DNA from: Paramecium tetraurelia
Lineage: Eukaryota
Direction: 5' to 3'
NCBI GenBank assembly: GCA_000165425.1
Contig: CT868219.1
Span: 128,728 to 192,727, forward strand
Length of the DNA: 64,000 nucleotides
The translations under genes were made by a program, and so were the position numbers. Position 1 is the stretch's first letter. Each line of letters opens with the position of its first letter. Below, piece by piece: positions 13,808-25,784 of this stretch. The notes under the pieces are model-generated. The model was not told the DNA's origin. It searched no databases and worked only from the letters and a program-made list of their open reading frames with translations.

Positions 13808-15524
13808 TATTTAATTAATTTATTTCTAAACAATTTATATATAACCATATCCTCAATTTATTTAATAAGTATCAACAATTTAACTAATTTTATATACACT
13901 CCACTCCAATCAATCATATGAAACATACAAACATCAGAAACCCTTGGATATTGTAGTGCAGTATATCTATTTGTTTAAAGAATTGAAAGCAACATAATTT
14001 CACCACTGTCCTTATTTTTAATTCAGTAAGCAAGTAGGAAAAGAGGCTCAGATATGAAGTCAGTCCTAAATCAATTTTAATATATATATTAGGATTCAAA
14101 TAATGAATCAGAGAGGATGCAATAGAAAATGGTTATTTTATAAAATAGAATATAACAAAATTGTGAGGATTAATAATTACATAAAATAAAATGATTATTA
14201 TAAATTTATGTTCAAGTATAAGTTATTCTGGTGATTGTATGCTTAAAGCATAGTGTTAATTAAATAGTAACTGGCTACATGTGTATTAAGTATTTAAACT
14301 TTACTTTTTCGGATATAGAATACGAATATGGATGGCTTTATTTAGGATTGGCATCTAGTCGGTTATTTCACCTTTGATGATAAAAGTGACTAGATTCAAA
14401 ATTATGTGGATTAACAATATGATGTAGGTTATCGAAATTATTGATTTATGCAATGAAGACTACACTTCTTGATTAATCTATAAGATACTTAGATGCATGA
14501 TAGGGATAGTTGTCAGGTTTGATTTATTGTTAACAATTAGATTTATAAGAGAATAAGTAGGATGGGAAGAAGGTAGATCCCTCTATCTAAACAGCAATCC
14601 ACTGCTTTGCGGGACTTTGTTAAGACTTTGTTATATTAAGAAGTAGAATTTGGAGGATGGATAAATTATAATTAGTCGTATTGTTATACTGACAAATTCA
14701 ATTAGATTTGTTCTCATTCCTTACAGTATGTATTAAACAATATCTAGAGTATTATAACAGAAAATTCAAGAGCCTCAAAATAGAGTGATTATTAAGAACT
14801 AATTTTCAGGTAATATCAAAGAGAGATATATACTTTTACTTATCTAACAATGAAAAATAAAATCAATAAAATAGAAGAACAATCACATTATTTGGTTTTC
14901 AATATTGTAAGCGTTTTATAGGATGTGCAATTTTAGCAATTCTATCATGGTTCCAAATTAGTAATCAAACTATCAATTAAATGCTTCTAATGTTTTTGAA
15001 CAACCATAACGCTATTTTATTCATGCCTTTGTTACATTTTCTGTTCTTAGTCAAATAATCTTTAGAAAATTTAGTATCATTTTGATATAATCCTATATGT
15101 GAGAAACGTTATGATTGTTTTCAATGTAATATTGTTTATTTTGAGTATGCTTCCGTTTATTGCATTTAAATTTGAATTGTTTAAAGATGAATTATCTATA
15201 TTACTTTTGCAATGCTATATTATTGCAGCACTTATTTCATTCATCTTACTTAATAATTATCTATAAAGGTTTTTCATATACAGTAAATTTGACTTTGTTT
15301 CTTTGTGTAGTGTATAGCAAATTGATTACTTGTATGATTGTAAGGATTAGGAAAAAACAATTTTTCTTTTACTTTAGATTTACTTAGACGATATTGAATG
15401 TTTTGTGTTTCCCTATTCTGTTGAAACTGAGGAATTCGAGACCACTTAGAGAATGTACAATTAATAGGGTTATGATTGAAATTCGTTTTATTATCAAAAT
15501 TAAAATATATAATATTTGATATAT

Positions 15525-16924
15525 ATGATCAAGTAATCGCACTCCACGTATGCTGTTATATGTTTGGTGGCATTCTCTCAAGGAGTAATAAACCTCTCTG
15601 AATTGGCCATATCATACTTGTTGAAAGAGGATTATGGAATGAACCCCACAGAAATGACATATATATAAGGCATCATCAGCATACCTTGGGTAATAAAACC
15701 TGTATGGGGTCTCTGTACAGATTTGCTTCCGATTTGCAGTTATCGCAGGAAGAGCTATCTGTTCATATTTGGTCTGATGGGATTTGTTTTATTTTATGCT
15801 CTCTCCATATATGGTACAAAAGATGCGGTTGCAGGAGTCTCAATTTTGTTGAGCATTCAGGTTTGTATAGCATTTTGTAATGTGGTTGCAGGTATTGTTA
15901 TTCTTCAATAAAGAGGCTCTATTGGTTGAGATCTCGACTGGCAATGATAGTTCAACCAACAACGTCAGTTTATTTTTTGGATTTAAAGCTTTCGGAACCC
16001 TCATGACTAGCTATCTTAGTGGTTACTCCTTAAAATACTTGCAGAAGCAATAAAGTAAGGAGAGCGCCTATTTTAGTTTTTAGGATAACATCAATATTTC
16101 CATTGATAATTGCTGGAGCTTCTCTATTTTTAAATGAGGGTTAGCATAAAGATACTGATATTAAGAAGTAATTACAAGAATTGCATCGTTTTTTGAACAT
16201 CAAAGCCATATACAAGCCGATTGTGTTTATATTTTGCTTTATGTTGCAACCATCGACATCGACAGCAATGTTTTATTTTTAAACAGTGTATTTGCATTAC
16301 ACAGCTGAATTTTTGGGTAAGATTAAGTTTCTATTTGCTTTGGCAAACATCACAGCTGTGAGTATATTTAATAGATATCTAAAAAACTATTCATTCAAAT
16401 CTGTGTTCTTTGTTACGACATTAACGTATAGTGTTGTAAATGCCCTACAGATTTTATAGGTGACTAGAAGGAATGTGGAGTTGGGAATAAAAGATGAAGC
16501 ATTTTCATTATGTGATACATTGCTAATGCAATTGGTGGCTGAATTGAACATGCTTCCTATTTTGGTTCTGGCATGCAAGATATGTCCGTCCAAAATAGAA
16601 GGCACCATGTATGCATTGTTGATGTCCACAATCAATTTAGGTTAACTGGTGGCCAGATAGATTGGAGGCATATTGATGTACTTTTTGAGTATGAATATCA
16701 GTTGATTTATCATAGATATAAACGAGGCCTCGTTTGAGAATCTGTGGATGATGATAACAATGACTAGTGTGTACATTTTGATCTTGTTGCCCTTTCTATC
16801 CACAATAAAGGAGAAGGAGATGATTGAATCGAAGGACTTGTATAACAAGCAAGACGTGGAGGAGGAGGAGGATATTGTGGGCAAAGGATACTAGAGATTA
16901 AGTTTGTCATTTGTGGATAGTTGA
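15525..16924 (+). CDS. Folate/biopterin transporter (BT1/FBT family, MFS)
   Basis: PWVIKPVWGLCTDLLPICSYRRKSY and CPSKIEGTMYALLMST signatures; many TM segments; short introns. Confidence 0.92.
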
Positions 16925-16949
16925 TAATTTTTATATTACTAAATTAATA

Positions 16950-19900
16950 ATGTTTAAGTAGGCACATTCCACTAATTTACTAATAGAGATGGTCGAGCGA
17001 GTCGATGATGACAAATTCCTGGATCGCAAACTGGAGTAGGAGTGCGATAGTCTCAACGAGAAAATAGGTATGCCATATCTACAATTCAGATACAAGAAGT
17101 CTAATTTTGAAGGCAATTGATATCTTTGGGAAACAGAAAGTTAGTTAAGATGCACGGATAATAGAGATCACTGGAGAGAAACAGCCTCAATCCATTCCAA
17201 ATATTGTCAAGAATCAAAAGTATAGCATCATCACCTTCATCCCTATTGTGCTGTTTGATCAATTTAGGTACTTCTTTAATTTGTTTTTCCTCCTAATCAC
17301 TCTATCTCAATTCATAGAGCCCTTGAAAGTGGGATTCCTATTTTCTTATGTGGCTCCACTTGTGTTTGTAAGCATTATTGATTCTATTCAAGGTCCTCAC
17401 TCTCACTCTAATCAAAGAGGCCTACGATGATTTCAAACGATTTCTAAGAGACAGGGAAGCTAATTCGTAATTGTATAGTAAGATCTTATAGAATGATGTG
17501 GTTTCAATTAAATCATCCTAATTACGAGTTGGAGATGTAATAGAAGTGCATGCAAATCAAAGAGTGCCAGCGGATTGTGTGTTGTTGAGGACTTCAGAAA
17601 AGACAGGGACAGTGTTCATAAGGACTGATCAATTGGATGGAGAGACAGATTGGAAATTGAGGAGTGCATTAAAATTAACTTAATTGGGATAGTTTTTTGG
17701 CAGCACTTTGATAGTGGAGGCTCCTAAATTGGATATCTACGATTTTAAAGGTAGGATTAAGATAGAGGAGGACAAGGAGTCTGTATCAATTGATAATACT
17801 TTATGGGCAAATACATATGTGGCAGCTGGGAAAGTGACATGTGTTGTCATCTATACAGGTAGGGAGTGCAGATCATCGATGAATTAAAGAAAGAGCAGAT
17901 TTAAGATGGGCAGATTGGATAAGGAATTAAACTTTTTGTCTAAAGTATTGTTTGGTTTCATGTGTATCTTAGCAGGTGGTATATTGATACTTACACCTGA
18001 TAATGATGTCTTTATCAACCTATTATAATTCTTTAGATATGTGTTGTTATTGTCAAGCATAATACCGATCTCCTTGAGAGTCAATCTTGACTTCTCTAAA
18101 TTGGTATTTTCAATGAAGATCAATTCCGATAAAGATATAGCTGGAGCCATGGCAAGGAATTCCTAAATTCCTGAAGAATTGGGAAGAGTGCATTACATAC
18201 TCAGTGATAAAACAGGTACTCTGACCTAGAATTGCATGACATTCAAGAAATTAGCATTGGAAAGCAATACCTATACAACCAAGGATTTGAATGTTGTTAA
18301 TAAAATATTGAAGAGATAATTTTCAGCTAATCCTGTTCCTTTGCATGATATCATAACTGGGAAAACGAAGAGAAATTCTAGAAGGAATAAAGATGTAGTG
18401 CTTAGAGATTTGATCTAATGTTTGTCTCTATGTCACAATGTCACTCCCATCATAGAGGATGGAATCAGATCGTTTTAGGCTAGTAGTCCTGATGAAATAG
18501 CATTAGTGTAAATCAGTGAATAAATGGGTATTTAATTGATTTCGAGAAATGCTGAATAAATGGTTATTTAAACACCTAATAAGGTTGAAAACTTTAAAAT
18601 TGTCTACGAATTCCCTTTTAGCAGCGAAAGAAAACGAATGGGAATTATTGTTCAATCTGATTCAATCGATGGATACTTCTTTTATCTCAAAGGGGCTGAT
18701 TAAATCATCAAGAATAAAGTACCGGAGGTTTAGAGAGGATTCCTTATGGACGAGGCAGAAATGCTTAGCAGAGAGGGATTACGTACTTTGGTGATGACAT
18801 AGAAATATATAACATCTGAGGAGTTCAAGAAATGGCAAGTTGAATATGAGGAGGCAAAGTCATCTATGGATGATAGAGAAATCAAAGTTAACCATGCTTT
18901 GGAGTAATTGGAATAAGGGATGGAATTTTTAGGAATATCTGGAGTGGAAGATTTATTGTAGGAAGATATTAATCATTGTATTGATTAACTGAGGAATGCA
19001 GGTATTAAGATTTGGATGTTGACTGGGGATAAAGTAGAAACTGCCTAATGTATAGCCATATCTGCTGGACTCAAAACTCCACAATAAGAGATGTTTACTA
19101 TCAAAGAAGCTGATTCTTTAAATCTTCAGAACCTTTTGAATTAATTTTCAGCCAAACACAATTCAATCTTGGTAATAGATGGAGTTTCATTGAGTCTTGC
19201 CTTTAATGATCATTTCGATTAATTTATGTATGTAACTAGTAGAGCACCTTGTGTGATATGTTGTCGATGTTCACCTACCCAAAAAGCTTAGGTTGTTGAA
19301 GCAATCAAGAAAAATACGAATTAGGTTACCTTGGCCATAGGTGATGGAGGAAATGATGTATCTATGATATAGGCAGCAGATGTAGGGATTGGAATAGTTG
19401 GGAAGGAAGGGAAGTAGGCAGCATTGGCCAGCGATTTTTCGATAATGAAATTTAAGGACTTGTCCACTCTTCTGTTGTGGCATGGAAGATTGGCTTATAA
19501 GAGATCTTCAGTGATGGCTTAGTTTGTTATGCATAGAGGATTAGTGATCTCAGTAATTCAGGCGATCTTCAGTTTCTTATTCTATGGGATTGCCATACCC
19601 ATATACAATGGCTATTTAATGCTTGGATATGCTACTGTATTCACAGTGTTGCCAGTGTTCTCTTTGATCTTCGATGAAGACATCACCAAGAACAAGGCTT
19701 TAGAATTCGCGGAACTCTACAAATCCTTGCAGAAAGGAAGGGAAGTAACAACCAAGACCTTCTTGATTTGGTTATGGAAGAGTATCTATTAAGGCACTGT
19801 GATTATGGCTTTATCCTTCTTGTGTTTTCAGAACACTTTTTTGTAACTTGTAACAGTCACTTTTACAGCTCTGATAGTGATAGAATTACTGAATGTAATT

Positions 19901-20143
19901 ACTGAGCTCAAGACCTTCAAATTCATTACTTTGGTCAGTTAGTTCATCTCAATTAGTTTATATTTGTGTTGCATATACTTTATGCGTGATGTCATCAATT
20001 TGAGTGAAATTACAGTCAATTTTGTTATGAATGTGGGATTGCTCGTACTTGCTAGTTGGTTGCCCTTGCATCTGGTGGAAAAGGCTATTCATAAGTACTA
20101 TCCTTCGGAGGCTGATAAAATAATGGAAAAGATTAATCATTGA
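16950..20143 (+). CDS. P4-type phospholipid-flipping ATPase (ATP9/NEO1-like)
   Basis: [77 protein letters not shown]. Confidence 0.96.
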
Positions 20144-20163
20144 ATTTTTATAATAAAATATTA

Positions 20164-23100
20164 ATGAAAATGTCCCTCCTTCAACTTGAGCGTTCCTATT
20201 TGGATGCTCTGTCTGAATTTGGTCAGCATGCACCGAAAACAATTCAAGCGTGTGTGACTCTCATAGAGACACTCAATCAAACAGGTCAATATTAAATAAA
20301 ACAGAATTAGCCAGGGGAGAAATACTTTTAAAGAGCAACTGAATTGGCTGCTGGATTGCAATCCGAAGAATTGCTCGATGTGAAGTACTTCACTTACATG
20401 TTGTATGCAGAGTATATGGAGCGCGATCACAATAATAAGTAAGCCTACAATCTACTCATCCAATTACTACCTTTGTAAAAAACAAATCAAAAACCCATCA
20501 TCATGACCTAAATCTAAATCCTGAATCATGTAATAGAGAATGGCCGACTTTGCAAAATAGCAAGTGTTGCGTCCTTGAATGAGAAATTGTTGAATCTGAT
20601 GGAAGAAATCGGATTGACATTTTACCTTCAAAAACAATTCTCAAAGAAGTTTTAATTAATTCTATTACAAGCACTCTCATTCTAAGCCAAAATATATCAT
20701 AAACAAAATAAAGACAGTTAAGCAGCATAGTTATATTTTCAATCGTTTCATCTCTCGGAATAGTTGCTTGGAATTCACGAGAAGAGAACTCAAGAATATA
20801 AAAAGCTATACGAATAATTAAGTGACAAGATCTCTGTCAACATCGAAATATAGAGTCAAGATGAATGCGAAGACGACCAACCCTAACAACTATAAGTTAC
20901 ACCTCGAGAAGAAATTCTTAAATCCTTTCGTCCCAAAATCACCTCATTCAACAATTACATTATCAACGTAGACTCCGCTAGAGCTCCCAAACCCTCCAAA
21001 AAGGTCGACAAATCAAATAAATTAACCACTTCTTCATCCAACAACAAACCTACTATTTTAATCAAACCCACCCCCTTGTCCTCCTTATTCATTATTAAGG
21101 ATCATTCCAAAAGACCTACTAGTTCCTAAGGCACCACAAAGTTGACTAGTCCTACCAGAGGTGCCTCCTTTCTATCCAAAAAAAACACTGAAAGATTTCA
21201 TCATAAGATGCCTTCTCTGGAATAGAGTGCCATCAAAGAATTAGATGACACACTGCCTCCCAATCTCACTAATGAATTGCTCATCACTAGACCCTAATAT
21301 GAAGTCAAACCATACAAAAGAATTGAATTCTATAAATAACACACCTCCAGACAAACCACATCCACTTACTAAATCTAACTCACCATTCCAACTAGACCCC
21401 AAATCAGAGAACCCTCCAAAAACACCATTACTTCTAAAATGGATGTTAAGAAGATATCTAATACTCCCAGCACCCAAAAAATTGAAAGGCCTTCATAAAA
21501 AAAAATCTTAGCTCCTGAAATCTAACCAACCGTCCTTAATATCAAACCCATAGGCAGTACTAAAAATTTAACCAATGACAACGATGAAGATATCACTAAA
21601 TAAGAGGAGAACAAAGTCTTATCCTTTGAAGGCGATGAACCTATTAAAGTAATTTCTCCCCAGGATTCGATTATAGCGAAATATTTAGAAACTCATCCTA
21701 TGGAAAAATTGTTGGAGGCTGTGGAGAGAATAAAAGGAAAACTAAGAAAATACGTTTAATACTCTCATAATAGGAAAATAGAAATGTAGGAAAGAAAACA
21801 TTAGCATTCTCCCGGTAGAGTCATTATGAGCAATAAATAGTAACAGTTAAATAGATCCAATACTTTAATTGATATTGTTGAAAAAAAACTCCTTGAAAAC
21901 GAAGCTAGTAAAATCATTTATAAGTTTTTCTAATCATCAAATACTATGGAATGGTATCCTGTTCATTTTTACGATAAGTTATTCACAGATTTCGAAACAT
22001 CTAAATGGACTCTTGAAAATCCCAGAATAAGAGGGCAATTCCTACACAAATCATCAAAAACTGATGATTGTCAATAAATTAATCTTGAATAGATATAAAA
22101 TATTCTCTTTAATCTGTAAAGACATTCAACCCTTTAAGTAATTGGATCAATTGAAATCTCTAATCACACAAGAAAAATTCAATTTCGATTTATAATAGAC
22201 ACACTAGTTGAACATTATAAAGATATACAAACTTACGATGACATGATGGATCTATTTGATTAACTATTGAACATATACTTGATGCAAGAAGATTTATTCA
22301 GTGAATGGCTGGACAACCGAAAAGAGTAGACACTTTACAGAGTAAGTAAGGGTAGGGTTTCATAGGCAGGTTAAAAGAGATAAAGCATCAATATTGAGTT
22401 TACCAAAGAAAGAAGAATTGAGCTACAAGATAATATGCAATTCTATTAATATCTTTTGTCGAAGGTTCTGTTTCTGATCAAAAGAATGAGTTACATTAAA
22501 ACAATGAATGGCTATAAATTTAAGTCAGTTCCCTAGAATCAACAAGTCTCCATTTAACAATATAACAATTAGATTTATTATAAAAAGTTAGAAAGAATTA
22601 GCAATTATTTTCAGTATTTAGACTGCGAAATTTAACATTAGAGAAGCAAGCCAATTTTGAGTCAAAAGAGACATCGCAAAAGGAATAAAGATAGGCATCT
22701 ATTTATTGCTCAGGAGAGGAAACAAACAATAATAAGAGAAGCCACATCTCCTGCTTAAGATGACGAATCTCAACAGCATTCATAACGAGGCAGTCCCTAC
22801 ATCTCCTTAAAGGATACTGGCATTATCATAGGTAATGAATTATAATCTCGATAATTAATATTGGGAGGAGAAACTCCACTCATTCAACCCTAATTGAAAC
22901 AACCAGGCAAATCAAACTGGAAGAACATTGCCCATTAAGAGGCACCTCCTTAATTGATAGACATATTTACTTTAGAAACCTAAGATTACTTGTAAAGGTA
23001 CTTTCCAGAATTCAGACTCAACACTCCTCCTATTGACTACCATCCTAGCCCAGCTCCAAACATTAAGAAATTATTAACAGAATCTCAATATCATTTTAGA

Positions 23101-25620
23101 TAGGAAGTACCAAGTAAGAAATACGTTAAATTGGAATACAAGCCAATTCACTTGGAGAATTATTTAATTCTGACATAAGTGGTTAAAATTGATTAACAAT
23201 TTTATTATCTCACCTTGACTGACAAATTGTAATTAAAATAAATTTTTGGAAAGGATCTATGGGAAGACCAATTAGAAATCCAATTGAAAGAATTGATCAA
23301 TTACAATGTCGGAAGAACTGGATACATTATAGATTTAATAGAATTATAAAATATATTATAATCGAAGCTCCAAATTGTTAATTGTCGGATTTAAATCAAA
23401 TAGGATGAGACTGATAATTCATATCAAAAAAAATTAAATAAAATCCTCAGAGTAAATAAAAGACTTTATTAAGTTATTCAATCAATTGAGTTCATCGAGG
23501 AAGGACTCAAAGAAATGTCATAGGAGAGTAATAGTCAATAGGAAGATGGTGTTGAATTGATTGAAGAACAAAAGAGGGAACCACTTATTGATATTGTGTT
23601 TATACTTGGGATCTTAAACAACAATAACTATGTAGAATACATGAATTATTTGCCCAGTTGTTATCTATTAAAAAATTCAAATGGAAAATTTATGTTGTAA
23701 GACCCTGAATAACCTAGGAAACCTAAATTCCCTTATAGATTAATCTTATCTCATGAAGATATGAACAAACACATTTCTAGAACGAACGAATAAACAATCA
23801 ATGCAAAAGATATCACATTATTTCCTCATTACAATTCAGTATTTCTAATTAGATAACAATAATTCATTTATAAACCAATTGGAGTGAAATTACGTATTCT
23901 AACAGATCTAAAAAAATTGCATCAAGATTTTAGAAATGGCCAATCGAAGGCTCATCTATTAATTTACTATAACAATCATAAGAAAATATTCCTTAAACTT
24001 AATTCCGAATAGACAGAAAAATGGGCTCATCTATTTCAGATCGATGGATGCATGCGTTGGCATATTTTAAATTATAAAACTAAATTAAAAAAGACATTAG
24101 TGGGATTTAAGTTGTATTAAAATGAGAATCGGGTTTCATAATCGAAAGATCCGAGATTCTTATTGATGCAAGATAAGCTTACTCAAGCAAAACAGTATTT
24201 TATTTAAACAAAAATTAAATCCATTGGATGTGTTTTTGTTTGTGTAAAGATTCACTCTTCAATAATGTTAATGAGAATAATGCCAGCTGGAAACAAGAGC
24301 AAATCTCATCTCTTTATATTTTAAATTGATTAATAAGATCCTATTAAATTGACCTATACTTTATGTAAATAATTTATTCTAAAAACAACCTAGACTTATT
24401 CCAAATTAGAGCTCATGCCTATCACAAAAAACTAAATACGTAAGCAATACCTCTTATCAAATTAATACCATGATAACAATGTGTTGATTGGTTAAAAATC
24501 ATATTCAAGAGTGGTTTATAAATAAGTTAAAAAAATAGATAAAAGCTATTTCATAATAACAGTTACCTTAATCAAAAATTATTTCTAGATTTATCTCTAC
24601 AACCAAAATACATGCAGAAGATTTTATTTTACAATTCACAGATCAGATTTCCTAATTATGAACTAATACTTTTTAGATTCGATCTTCCCAGAATAACCAC
24701 ATGAAGTTGTTGAATAATTCTTCAGGCCTTGGAAGTTGAATGAAATCTTAAAGATCTATTCTCTAATTAAAAAAGCTCCAGAAACTTTTAGAAATAGAAC
24801 CTAACTCTATCTTCAATAGATGTCACAAACCAAAAAACTACTTAAAAGATCTGCAACATCTAATTTCTCAAGTGCTAGTGTCATTTAGAGATAATCGACA
24901 CTACAACTGAATCAATTGCTCGAAGAACTTAATGAAGATAAATTAAATAAGTCATGTTGGTTATTTGACAAGTTGTTATTACGTAAATCCAACAGTGTAT
25001 TTGAGAATAAGTTATGGATGGAAATAATCAAGTAGATGAACATCAACCAAAATCAAATTGTTTTGGACACTTTTAAGACAGTTTTATCTGAACTTGTGTA
25101 TTTCAATGATAGAACTTGCAATTTTCTTTGTTATATTCCATGCCAAGAGATCTAATAGTCTTTTAGGTGGTAACCAATTAGATTGCGAATTCATTCATAT
25201 GACACTTGCAAAACTATTGATGTCCCTTTAAATATAAGAGGCAAACAAGTTCAAGTCTATAAGTTAGGCAGTTCTTTGTATTTGAACTACCAAAGTAAAT
25301 AAGAAATACCAAGCAATCAGGAAATTATGAAGGTCAATAAAAATAACGATTCCGAGTATATCAAATATTAATTACTTTATAAGGGGGCATTTATGAAGCA
25401 TAAGATGCTCTTCATAACTATATATTTATACAATGAAGTATTTCGGATTAGAATCTTCAGCTAAACTAACTCTATATCTAGGAAATTGGATGTGAACTAG
25501 GTCGAATTAAAGATTCCGTATATTAGATAATTATTAATACTGAATCCCTATGAAGCTGGACGTAGATTGAGCATCATCTATAGGAATAATTTCATTCATG
25601 CTTCATTTTTAAAATTGTGA
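20164..25620 (+). CDS. Large (about 1818 aa) uncharacterised protein with N-terminal TPR-like helices and S/P/K-rich region
   Basis: ATG 20164 and TGA 25618-25620 are in frame; TPR-like AAQLYFQSFHLSEQLLGIH segment. Confidence 0.8.
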
Positions 25621-25784
25621 TGTTTTTATTCATATAAATTTCTGTATATAGCAATTAAATTAATTTATAATGTCAATTGAGATTTAATATATTGAGATTA
25701 TTTAGAAATTTGAGTTAGCAACATGTTGAAATTCAAGTAAACTAAAATGTGTAGTGTAAATATTTATTTTAATTTTTAATCGAT

